NCBI GenBank assembly: GCA_965368975.1
Contig: CBDUPA010000005.1
Location: 192,001 to 256,000, forward strand
DNA from: an uncultured bacterium
GTDB taxonomy: Bacteria > Acidobacteriota > Thermoanaerobaculia > Multivoradales > JAHZIX01
Direction of reading: 5' to 3'
Length of the DNA: 64,000 nt
Made by a program: the position numbers and the translations under genes. Below are positions 53,611 through 62,325 of the stretch, piece by piece (within the stretch, counting starts at the first letter, position 1; each line of letters begins with the position of its first letter). The notes below the pieces were generated by a model that was given only the letters and a program-made list of their open reading frames with translations, was not told the DNA's origin and made no database searches.

Positions 53611-55485
53611 ATGAATCGTCGGGGTACCGATTGCATGCGACGGTCTCCGTACCACTTCGAGCCCGCGGAACACCTGCCGCAACTGACGGCAGTGATCCGC
53701 GAGCTGGAGGCGCTGGAGGACGTGGCGCCTCGGGATCTGGACCGCATCCAGCGCCGTCATCCCAAGCGAGATGGCCGGGTGTTTTCCAAGAGCGAGATCA
53801 TCCGCGGCTACCGCTACTTGCAGCGCCAGCGAGGTCTCGACCCGGACGCCGGTCGTCTCGTCGAGCGCCTGCAGATGAAACCCGTGCGGACGCACAGCGG
53901 GGTGGCGCCGGTGACCGTGCTGACCAAACCGTATCCGTGTCCCGGGCGATGCATTTTCTGTCCCAACGACGTGCGCATGCCCAAGAGCTACCTGTCCAAC
54001 GAACCCGGAGCCCAACGAGCCGCCAGCCATGGATTCGACCCCTACCTACAGACCTACTTCCGGCTACGCAGCCTGCGCAACATGGGGCACCGCGTGGACA
54101 AGGTCGAGCTGATCGTGCTGGGTGGTACCTGGTCCTTCTATCCGGAGCCCTACCAAATCTGGTTCCTCAAGCGCTGCTTCGACGCTCTCAACGATTTCGC
54201 CGACCGTGACGGTCCGCGGGACGATCCCGACGCCCTGGCGCCGGACGACGCCGTGCCCTTCGACCAGCTCGACGAGATCGGCGTCGCCGCGCACGCCGAC
54301 CGTCTGGAGCGAAGCTACAACCAGGTGGTCAGCGAGCACCTGCAGCAGCATCTCGACGGTCGCCTGCTGCCTGACGACGAGCACGCCGACTGGAGCGATC
54401 TCGAGTCCGTCCAGCGCGTCAACGAGGGACAGAAGGTGCGCTGCGTCGGCCTGGTGCTCGAGACGCGGCCCGACCACATCAGCGAAGACGAAGTCATCCG
54501 GGTGCGCCGCCTGGGCGCCACCAAGGTCCAGATCGGTATCCAGAGCCTGAACGATGTCGTGCTCGCAGCCAATCGCCGAGGCCACGACGTCGCCGCCACG
54601 CGCCGCGCGTTCCGGCTGCTGCGCGCCATGGGCTTCAAGTTGCACGCGCACTGGATGCCCAACCTCTATGGCTCCAACCCGCAAGCCGACCTCGACGACT
54701 TCGAGCGCCTGTTCGGCGACCCTGACTTCTGTCCCGACGAACTCAAGCTCTACCCCTGCTCCCTGATCGAGAGCGCCGAGCTGATGGTGCAGTATCGGGC
54801 TGGTGCGTGGCGCCCGTATAGCGACGACGAACTGCTCGGTGTGGTCACGGGCTGTCTCGAGCGGACGCCGCCCTGGTGCCGGCTGACCCGCGTCATTCGC
54901 GACATCCCGTCGCAGGACATCGTGGTCGGCAACAAGCAGACCAACTTCCGCGAAGTTGCCGAGCGCGCCCTGGCCGAGCGGGGAGGCGGCAGTCGCGACA
55001 TCCGCAGCCGCGAGATTCGCCGCCGCCAGGTGAAAGACGACGAGCTGCACCTCGACGCGATCGAGTACACCAGCGCCGTTGGTCGCGAAGTCTTCCTACA
55101 GTTCATCACCGACGCCGACGAGATCGCCGGTTTCCTGCGGCTGTCGCTGCCTTCCGAGCCCGTCTTCCTGGACGAGATCGCCGACAGCGCGATGGTGCGT
55201 GAAGTGCACGTCTACGGTGCGCTGGCGGGCTTCCAGAGTGCGGGCGAGACGTCCCCATCTCACCCCAAGACCCAAGATCCCAGAACCCAGCACCCCGAGA
55301 TTCAACACCCCAAGACCCAGCATCGGGGCCTCGGTCGCCGTCTGCTCGACGAGGCCGCCCGCCGGGCCGTCGAGGCCGGCTTTCACGACCTCGCCGTCAT
55401 TTCCTCTGTCGGCACCCGTGACTACTACCGCCGCCAGGGCTTCACCGACGGTGAGCTCTACCAACACCTTTCGCTCGTCCACTGA
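53611..55485 (+). CDS. elp3: Elp3 tRNA uridine-34 carboxymethyltransferase (radical SAM + GNAT)
   Basis: KPVRT.SGVAPV, CPGRCIFCP, PKSY...EP, KVELIVLGGTW, ETRPD, RVIRDIP, REVHVYG, QHRGLG, VISSVGTR.YYR..GF. Start may be 53635. Confidence 0.93.
   Translation: MNRRGTDCMRRSPYHFEPAEHLPQLTAVIRELEALEDVAPRDLDRIQRRHPKRDGRVFSKSEIIRGYRYLQRQRGLDPDAGRLVERLQMKPVRTHSGVAPVTVLTKPYPCPGRCIFCPNDVRMPKSYLSNEPGAQRAASHGFDPYLQTYFRLRSLRNMGHRVDKVELIVLGGTWSFYPEPYQIWFLKRCFDALNDFADRDGPRDDPDALAPDDAVPFDQLDEIGVAAHADRLERSYNQVVSEHLQQHLDGRLLPDDEHADWSDLESVQRVNEGQKVRCVGLVLETRPDHISEDEVIRVRRLGATKVQIGIQSLNDVVLAANRRGHDVAATRRAFRLLRAMGFKLHAHWMPNLYGSNPQADLDDFERLFGDPDFCPDELKLYPCSLIESAELMVQYRAGAWRPYSDDELLGVVTGCLERTPPWCRLTRVIRDIPSQDIVVGNKQTNFREVAERALAERGGGSRDIRSREIRRRQVKDDELHLDAIEYTSAVGREVFLQFITDADEIAGFLRLSLPSEPVFLDEIADSAMVREVHVYGALAGFQSAGETSPSHPKTQDPRTQHPEIQHPKTQHRGLGRRLLDEAARRAVEAGFHDLAVISSVGTRDYYRRQGFTDGELYQHLSLVH
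55261..55320 (+). repeat. Degenerate 15-bp tandem repeat (4 copies) in elp3
   Basis: Encodes HPKTQ DPRTQ HPEIQ HPKTQ. Confidence 0.8.
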
Positions 55486-55494
55486 TCGCGCATT

Positions 55495-56442
55495 ATGAAA
55501 CGAACTCTCTTCTTGCTCACGCCGATCTTCCTGATCGTCATTGGCGTCTTCTACTACACGGCCTACCGCAAGACGCGCTCCCAGACCATCGTCTACCAGG
55601 CCCCCGGCGCCGACACTGTGCGCGTCGAGAAGGACCTGATCTACCTGCCGGTGGACGACGAGCGTCCGAATGGAGACACCGCTCGGGCCTTCGACCTGTA
55701 CCTGCCGCCGGAGCCGTCCGCGCAGCCGCTGCCGGTCGTCGTCCTGGTGCATCCGGACGGTCCCGCCAGCGTCATCGACAACTTCAAAGACTGGGGCCAG
55801 ATGACCTCGTGGGCCCGCACCTTCGCCGCCTCCGGCCTGGCTGCCGTCACCTTCAATCGGAGTTCCACCGAACTGCTGAAGGACATCGAAGTTGTCGCCG
55901 CCGAGGTCGAGGCGATGCTGGCCTACCTCCAGCAGCACGGCGAACGCCTCGGCATCGATCCACAGCGCATCGGCATCTGGGCCAACTCCTCGGCGCCGCC
56001 GTTCGCCCTGCGTGCCGTCCTGCGTGATCGTCCCGCAAACGTGCGCGCCATCGCCATCTACTACGGGGCCGTCAGTTTCGACGCCTTCCCGGCCGTGCAC
56101 ACGCGCGACGCCGAGCCGAGCCTGTGGCACGAATTCGATCTCGCCCGTCATCTCGGTGCATCGGGCCACCTGGACCCACCATCGACCGACGCTGAGAGCG
56201 GCCCCGTCCAAGATTTGCCCGCCATGCTCGTGGCGATCGCCGGCAAGGACACCCCCGAGCTGAACACCGCCCTCACCAACTTCATCGATGCCGCACGCGC
56301 CCACGGCGGCGACGTCACCGTACTCGAACATCCCGAAGGCGACCACGCCTTCGACCTGGGTAGCGATACCGACACGACGCGCAACATCGTGCGTCAGACC
56401 ATCGAGTTCTTCCAACATCACCTCACGGAGGCCCGAGGATGA
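55495..56442 (+). CDS. Alpha/beta hydrolase fold protein with N-terminal membrane anchor
   Basis: DLYLP, PVVVLVH, GIDPQRIGIWANS, GKD, HPEGDHAFD motifs. Confidence 0.82.
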   Translation: MKRTLFLLTPIFLIVIGVFYYTAYRKTRSQTIVYQAPGADTVRVEKDLIYLPVDDERPNGDTARAFDLYLPPEPSAQPLPVVVLVHPDGPASVIDNFKDWGQMTSWARTFAASGLAAVTFNRSSTELLKDIEVVAAEVEAMLAYLQQHGERLGIDPQRIGIWANSSAPPFALRAVLRDRPANVRAIAIYYGAVSFDAFPAVHTRDAEPSLWHEFDLARHLGASGHLDPPSTDAESGPVQDLPAMLVAIAGKDTPELNTALTNFIDAARAHGGDVTVLEHPEGDHAFDLGSDTDTTRNIVRQTIEFFQHHLTEARG

Positions 56443-59285
56443 GCTTCCAGACCCCGACTTTCGAGCCCGGAGACACCGTCTCCCACCGCCACAACCCAGA
56501 CCTCGGCCCCGGCCGCATCGTCAGCCTCGATCCGCGGCGCATCCAGGTCGAGTTCCCCGACGCGCGCAAGGTTCTGTTCATCTCCGCCGCCGCCGATGCC
56601 CTCGAAAGGCTGGAGCTACACGCCGGCGGTAAGGCGCGCTATCGCGTCACCGGCAAGAAAGTCGGCTTGGTCAAGCCGAGTGACGACGGCGAGCACTGGC
56701 ACCTGACTAACGGTGAGACCGTTCTCGCCTCCGAGTTGTTGCCGCTGCCGCAGCCGCCGTCACCGTTGGAGCGTCTGGCCTCCGGCAAGGTCGACGCCTT
56801 CGAAGACTTCCGCAACCGCCTCGACGCCCTGCGTCTGCTGCGCCTGCGCGAAGCTCAGGGCCTCGGCTCCTTCCTCGGTGGCCGTATCCGTCTCTTCCCG
56901 CACCAGCTCTACGTCGCCGAGAAAGCCTGCCACAGCGATCCCGTGCGCTGGCTGCTGGCCGACGAGGTCGGCCTCGGCAAGACCGTCGAAGCCTGCCTCA
57001 TTCTGCAGCGCCTGGTGCACACGGGGCGTGCCGGTAAGATCCTGGTGCTGGCGCCCGAAACCCTCACCGTGCAGTGGCTCGGCGAGCTGTGGCGCAAACA
57101 CCACCAGGTCTTCGCCCTGCTCGACCACAAGCGCCTCGCCGACGTCCACCGCGACTTCGGTCGTCGTCTCAACCCCTTCGAGGTCTACACCCGCGCCATC
57201 CTCAGCTTCGAGCTGCTACAAGAGCGGCCCAGCCTGGCACGCCAAGCCGTCGAGGCCGGCATCGACCTGCTCGTGGTCGACGAAGCCCACCACCTCAAGC
57301 GTCCGCCCAAGCACAGCGGCAACCTGCTCTATCGCGCTGTCCAGCGCATTACCAAGCAGGGCAATCACGTGCTGCTGCTCTCCGCCACACCGCTGGAAGA
57401 AGACGCCCACGGCTTCTTCCGCCTGCTGCAGATGCTGCGACCGGAAGAGTTCGCCGAGTCCTCCAGCTTCGAGAAGCGTCTGCGGGCACGGCGCCCCCTG
57501 CCGCCTTGCACCAGCGCTACCCGCCGCCGCGACATCGGCGGCCTGCCGCCGCGCAAGGCCTTCCCGGTCAACCTGCGCAAAGTCGACTGGGCCCCCTGGT
57601 CGCGCATCGAACTCGAACTCCGCCGCCTGACGGCACGCAGTCCCACGCAGCGCAAGCGCCGCCTCGAGCAGCTCGAGCGCTCCCTGTCCTCTCCGGCGTC
57701 CCTGCTCAACCTGTTGGACATCGAAGAGATCAAGGAACCGGTCGATCCGAAGGCCGAGGACGGCAAGAAGAACGGGGACAGCAAGAAGGTCGAAACGCCC
57801 GCGGAGGCGCCCGTCGCAGCAGCCGCACCGGCACCGCCGACCAAGCGCATCGGCAGACCCAAGGGCACGGCGATCGACGAAGAAGAGTACCCCGGCGAAG
57901 GCAAACCCCCGAGCCGTCGTGGCCGGGCCGCCCGCGGCCGTGGCCGCTGGCGCCGCCGCCGGGGCCGTGGAGAGGAGGGGGGCGTCAATCCGGTCGAGAT
58001 CGAGACCAAGGTCGCCGAACTGGCGCGTGACCTGCTCGACGACAACGACGCCGCCGATCCCGAAAAGGATCCCCGCCTCGCCTGGCTGCTCGAACAGCTG
58101 CCGCAGTGGCGCAAAGACGGCGACAAGGTCCTGCTTTTCGTCGCCTGGAAAGACAGCATGGACGCGCTCAAGAAGGCGATCGAGTGGCACGGCCAGACCC
58201 GCGTCAGCCTGTTTCACGAAGAGCTTTCCCCTGAGCGCCGCGACCTCGAAGTCGCGCAGTTCCGCCTGCCCGAAGGCCCCACCTTGCTGCTCTCCACCGA
58301 GTGTGGCGGCGAGGGTCGAAACTTCGAGTTCTGCCGCCGCCTGGTGCTCTACGATTTGCCCCTCGATCCCGCCAAAGTCGAGCAGCGCATCGGCCGTCTC
58401 GATCGCATCGGCCGTAAAGTGCCCACCGAGATCGTCTACTTCCGGCCACCCCGGGGCCTCGGCCGCGTCGCCGTCGAGTTGTACGAGAAACTCGGCGTCT
58501 TCCGCGAACCGCAAAGTGGCATGGTGCGCGAACTCGATCGCATCGCCGAGCGTCTGCGCGACATGGCTCTGGCCAAGCGTCCCCCCGAGCCCGACGCCTT
58601 TGACGATCTCCTCGACTCCGCACGAAAGAGCCGCAACCGCATCCGCCGTGCCGCCTACCACGAGCTGCACCGCGCTCCCTACCGCCGCCGCATGGCCAAG
58701 GACATCCTCCAGCGCGTGCCACCCGACCTCGACGAACTCAACGAAGACGTCGTCCTGCGCGCCGCCGCCCGCTTCGGCTTCAAGATCGAGGAACGTCGCG
58801 GCCCCCGCGCCAACTACATCGAACTAGGCTCCGAAGCCCTGGTCGACCGCCTCCCCGGCGTCAAACCCGGCTCCCGCTTCCTCGGCACCTTCGACCGCGA
58901 ATTCGCCGTCGAAGACGAAGGCATGGACTACTTCGCCTCCGGCCACCCCCTGGTCGAGGGTGTCCTCGCCGAACTCGAAGACGGTCCCCGCGGCCGCTCC
59001 GCGGTCTTCCGTCTGGACGGTGACGAAGAAACCTTCGGTCTGCTCGCCCTCTACAAGAAAGGCCCCGAGTTCGAGGCCGTCGCGGTCGATAGGGAAGGCA
59101 ACAAGCGTCCCGACCTGGTGCAGATCATCCTGGAAGGCGAACAGAAGGTCCATCGCGTCGATGCCCCCAAGTGGACCGGCCAAGCCGGCTGGAAGCCAAC
59201 CCTGGAGCGCATCGCCAAGTACCTGCCGCACGATCGTCCACAAGCGGTAGCGGCGTTCCGCGTCAAGAAGGTGACCGGGGACTGA
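56439..59285 (+). CDS. SNF2-family helicase, RapA/HepA-like
   Basis: LFPHQL, LLADEVGLGKTVEA, DEAHHL, LLSATP, GGEGRNFEF, EQRIGRLDRIG, HPLV motifs. Confidence 0.9.
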   Translation: MSFQTPTFEPGDTVSHRHNPDLGPGRIVSLDPRRIQVEFPDARKVLFISAAADALERLELHAGGKARYRVTGKKVGLVKPSDDGEHWHLTNGETVLASELLPLPQPPSPLERLASGKVDAFEDFRNRLDALRLLRLREAQGLGSFLGGRIRLFPHQLYVAEKACHSDPVRWLLADEVGLGKTVEACLILQRLVHTGRAGKILVLAPETLTVQWLGELWRKHHQVFALLDHKRLADVHRDFGRRLNPFEVYTRAILSFELLQERPSLARQAVEAGIDLLVVDEAHHLKRPPKHSGNLLYRAVQRITKQGNHVLLLSATPLEEDAHGFFRLLQMLRPEEFAESSSFEKRLRARRPLPPCTSATRRRDIGGLPPRKAFPVNLRKVDWAPWSRIELELRRLTARSPTQRKRRLEQLERSLSSPASLLNLLDIEEIKEPVDPKAEDGKKNGDSKKVETPAEAPVAAAAPAPPTKRIGRPKGTAIDEEEYPGEGKPPSRRGRAARGRGRWRRRRGRGEEGGVNPVEIETKVAELARDLLDDNDAADPEKDPRLAWLLEQLPQWRKDGDKVLLFVAWKDSMDALKKAIEWHGQTRVSLFHEELSPERRDLEVAQFRLPEGPTLLLSTECGGEGRNFEFCRRLVLYDLPLDPAKVEQRIGRLDRIGRKVPTEIVYFRPPRGLGRVAVELYEKLGVFREPQSGMVRELDRIAERLRDMALAKRPPEPDAFDDLLDSARKSRNRIRRAAYHELHRAPYRRRMAKDILQRVPPDLDELNEDVVLRAAARFGFKIEERRGPRANYIELGSEALVDRLPGVKPGSRFLGTFDREFAVEDEGMDYFASGHPLVEGVLAELEDGPRGRSAVFRLDGDEETFGLLALYKKGPEFEAVAVDREGNKRPDLVQIILEGEQKVHRVDAPKWTGQAGWKPTLERIAKYLPHDRPQAVAAFRVKKVTGD

Positions 59286-59295
59286 GAGCGTCCTG

Positions 59296-60081
59296 GTGGA
59301 CGAAAAAACGAGGCGCGCCCTCAACGCCATCAACCGCCACTTCTACCAGCACCACGCTGAGCGCTTCAGCGAGACTCGCTCGAAGCCTTGGCAAGGTTGG
59401 GATTACGTCGTGCGTCGCTTGCTGGAACGCTCGGTAGGGAAACCGGCGGAGCCTTTGCGCGTGCTGGACGTGGGCTGTGGCAACGGGCGGTTCGGGGAGC
59501 TACTGCACCAGAAGTTCCCGCGGGCCGTCGAGTACCTCGGCATTGACTCCAGCGCGCCGCTCCTGGAGCACGCGCGCGCGCGACTGCAGGGGCGAGGGGA
59601 CTGGGATGTCGAATTCGTCCAGCACGACTTCGTGGAAGCTGGGCTGGCAGAAGTGGTGGGCGAGCGATTCGACCTGGTGGTGCTGTTTGGCGTGCTGCAC
59701 CACATACCGGGTGCCGAGGTGCGACAGCGCTTGGTCGGAGAGTTATTGGGGAGCCTGGCGCCAGGTGGGGAGGTGGTGCTGTCGGTGTGGCGCTTTGCGG
59801 AGGACCCGCGGTATGAGCGTCGCGTGGTGAGCTGGGAGGAGCACAACGCGTGGGTGCGGGAGAGCGGGGTGGGCGTCGAGATGCTGGTGGATGCTGGGGA
59901 GGTCGAGGAGGGGGATGTGTTGCTGCGGTGGGGTGGGAGGGAGTCGAGTTGGTGGCGGTATTGTCATGCGGTGGGGGAGGGGGAGTTGGGGGAGCTGGTG
60001 AAGCGGGGTGGTGGGATTGTGGTGGAAGCGGGGGTGGGGGATGGGGGGAATGGGTACTGGTGGGTCAAGTTGGAGAGTTGA
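59296..60081 (+). CDS. Class I SAM-dependent methyltransferase, Trm9/ALKBH8-like
   Basis: FY...AERFSETR..PW, VLDVGCGNGR, VLHHIP, L.PGG...LSVW, RYCH. Confidence 0.8.
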   Translation: MDEKTRRALNAINRHFYQHHAERFSETRSKPWQGWDYVVRRLLERSVGKPAEPLRVLDVGCGNGRFGELLHQKFPRAVEYLGIDSSAPLLEHARARLQGRGDWDVEFVQHDFVEAGLAEVVGERFDLVVLFGVLHHIPGAEVRQRLVGELLGSLAPGGEVVLSVWRFAEDPRYERRVVSWEEHNAWVRESGVGVEMLVDAGEVEEGDVLLRWGGRESSWWRYCHAVGEGELGELVKRGGGIVVEAGVGDGGNGYWWVKLES

Positions 60082-60120
60082 TAGCGGTCAGAAGAGCGGT
60101 GCGAGGTCGGCTGGGGTGCC

Positions 60121-60168
60121 TTGACACCTCGGAGGTAGATGACAATACTGGTCTTACCCGCTTCTTAC
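60121..60168 (+). promoter_or_regulatory. Putative sigma70 promoter and operator of the TA pair
   Basis: TTGACA-17 nt-AATACT, followed by two TCTTAC boxes. Confidence 0.55.
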
Positions 60169-60200
60169 TGAGGGCTCAGCCCCTGACAGAGGACTCAACC

Positions 60201-60464
60201 ATGTCGAGCATACCCGCCACCACCCGACTCTCCACCAAAGGTCAACTCATCATCCCTAAAGACATCCGTGACCGCCACGGCTGGCGTGCCGGAAGTGCGT
60301 TGATCGTCGAAGACCGGGGCACAGAAGTCGTATTGCGGTCGCCTCTGGAGATCCCGGAAACGACCTTGGAAGACCTGGTGGGCTGTACCGGCTATTCCGG
60401 TCCAAGGCGCTCACTCGAAGAGATGGAAGAGGCGATCGCGAGGGGGGCGAGGGAGCGGAGATGA
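60201..60464 (+). CDS. AbrB/MazE/SpoVT family antitoxin (VapB-like)
   Basis: TRLSTKGQLIIPKDIR; AGAGGA RBS; ATGA overlap with the PIN gene. Confidence 0.9.
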   Translation: MSSIPATTRLSTKGQLIIPKDIRDRHGWRAGSALIVEDRGTEVVLRSPLEIPETTLEDLVGCTGYSGPRRSLEEMEEAIARGARERR

Positions 60465-60868
60465 TCGGGCTCGACACGAATGTCCTAGTGAGAATCGTGA
60501 CGCGTGATGATCCCGAACAGCTTCCTGCCGCTATGGCAGTCATGGAAGCTGCCCGGCTTCATGTCACCAAAACGGTGCTGCAAGAGCTGGAGTGGGTGCT
60601 GCGCTATAGCTACCGCCTCGGACGCGAAGAGATCAGCCGGGCCTTGGTGGGTTTGCTGGGACTACGGCGCCTGGAAGTGGAAGATCGGGAAGCAGTCGTC
60701 AGGGCATACCAGGGATACCAGGTCGGAATGGATTGGGCAGATGCACTCCACTTGGCTTCGAGACCAGCAGGTGGTTCGTTGAGCCGCTTTGCCACGTTCG
60801 ACCGAAAACTGGCCAAGACGGCGGAAGGTGTCGAGGCAATGCCAGAGGTCGAGCTGCTCGGAGCCTGA
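60461..60868 (+). CDS. vapC: PIN domain toxin
   Basis: LDTNVLVR, ELEWVL, DWADALH, TFDRKL motifs. Confidence 0.92.
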   Translation: MIGLDTNVLVRIVTRDDPEQLPAAMAVMEAARLHVTKTVLQELEWVLRYSYRLGREEISRALVGLLGLRRLEVEDREAVVRAYQGYQVGMDWADALHLASRPAGGSLSRFATFDRKLAKTAEGVEAMPEVELLGA

Positions 60869-60884
60869 TCGCCTCGGTGTTAGC

Positions 60885-62315
60885 TCATCCCGGCAGCTTT
60901 GACGCGTCCACATCCTCCGGCACCGCATCCCCTCGACCCTGCAACCACTTGCGGAACGTATCCTTGTCCAGCGCCTTCTCTAGCCCATCCAGGGGATCCG
61001 CCGTCCCGGCTTCGACGAGCTTCTTCAGGCTGTCATCCATCGCCACCATGCCGACCTTGCGGCCGCCGGAGATGACGTCGGGGATCTGGTGGGTCTTGCC
61101 TTCGCGGATGGCGGAGGAGAGGGCGGGGTTGCGCAGCAATACCTCGACGGCGGCGACGCGGCCTCCGCCTTTTCTGGGCAGGAGCTGCTGGGCGACGATG
61201 CCTTGGATGACGCTGGAGAGCACACCGCGGATCTCGTCGATGCGGCTGGCGGGGAAGACGCTGACGATACGGTCGACGGTCTTGGAGGCGGAGTTGGTGT
61301 GCAGGGTGCCGAAGACGAGGAGGCCGGTGTCGGCGGCGTTGAGGGCGATGCCGATGGTTTCGACGTCGCGCATTTCGCCGACCAGGACGGCGTCGGGGTC
61401 TTCACGTAGGGCCATTCTCAGGGCGTGGGAGAAGCTGGGAGCGTGAGCGCCGATCTCGCGGTGGCTGATGACGCTCTGCTGGTTCTGGTGCACGAACTCG
61501 ATGGGATCCTCGATGGTGATGAAGTGCATGGGACGCTTCTGGTTCATCTCGTGGATCATGGCGGCCAGGGTGGTGCTCTTGCCGGAGCCGGTGGGGCCGG
61601 TGACCAGGACCAAGCCTGAGTTCAGGCGGGTGAGTCTGCGCAGGACGCGCGGGAGCTTGAGATCATCGAGGGTGAGAATCTTGCTCGGGATGATGCGGAA
61701 GACGGCGCCCATGCCGCGCTCTTGCTGGAAGAGGTTGACGCGGAACCGGGCGAGGCCGGGGACCTCGTAGGCAAAGTCCATGTCGCCGGTGGCGCGGTAG
61801 CGCGACCACAGTTCCGGCGGCGTGACGGGGCGCATCAGGTTTTCGAAGTCGCGGTCGTCGAGCACACGGTAGCGGATGGGCTCGATACGACCGGAGAGGC
61901 GCAGCATGGGAGGACGGCCGGCGCTCAGGTGCAGATCGGAGGCGCCGCGGTCTTGCATCAGCTTGAGGAAGCGGTCGATGCGGTTGGTGCGGTGCTCGGT
62001 CTCGACGCTCACGGCGGCTGGCTGGGCTGCTTGTTGAGCTGGCGCCGCGGGTTGAGCTGGTGCCGCGGGCTGGGCCGGTGCTGGCTGAGCTGCGGCTGGC
62101 TGGGGTGCGGGCGAGACCGGTGGGGGCGTCGGCGCCGCGGGAGCGGGCGAAGCAGGGGATTGAGTCGCCGGTGCCTGGGGAGCTGCCGGTGCCTGGGGAG
62201 CTGCTGGGACCTGCGGCACTGCTGGTGCTGGGGGAGCCGGTTGGGTTGCAGCTGCGGGGGCCGTGTCGTCGGGTGGCAGGTCGATGACTCTTGGCGTCTG
62301 TGGGGTGTCGCTCAT
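60885..62315 (-). CDS. pilT: PilT/PilU family ATPase with Pro/Ala/Gln-rich N-terminal extension
   Basis: GASDLHL, RFRVN, GPTGSGKSTT, IEDPIEF, LREDPD..LVGEMRD, GTLHT motifs. Confidence 0.92.
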   Translation of the reverse strand: MSDTPQTPRVIDLPPDDTAPAAATQPAPPAPAVPQVPAAPQAPAAPQAPATQSPASPAPAAPTPPPVSPAPQPAAAQPAPAQPAAPAQPAAPAQQAAQPAAVSVETEHRTNRIDRFLKLMQDRGASDLHLSAGRPPMLRLSGRIEPIRYRVLDDRDFENLMRPVTPPELWSRYRATGDMDFAYEVPGLARFRVNLFQQERGMGAVFRIIPSKILTLDDLKLPRVLRRLTRLNSGLVLVTGPTGSGKSTTLAAMIHEMNQKRPMHFITIEDPIEFVHQNQQSVISHREIGAHAPSFSHALRMALREDPDAVLVGEMRDVETIGIALNAADTGLLVFGTLHTNSASKTVDRIVSVFPASRIDEIRGVLSSVIQGIVAQQLLPRKGGGRVAAVEVLLRNPALSSAIREGKTHQIPDVISGGRKVGMVAMDDSLKKLVEAGTADPLDGLEKALDKDTFRKWLQGRGDAVPEDVDASKLPG

Positions 62316-62325
62316 ATCTGGATGC

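Noticed and set aside
59850-60200. Gly-rich extension of the AbrB ORF
   Set aside because: Artefact of the G-rich tract; promoter and RBS support ATG 60201
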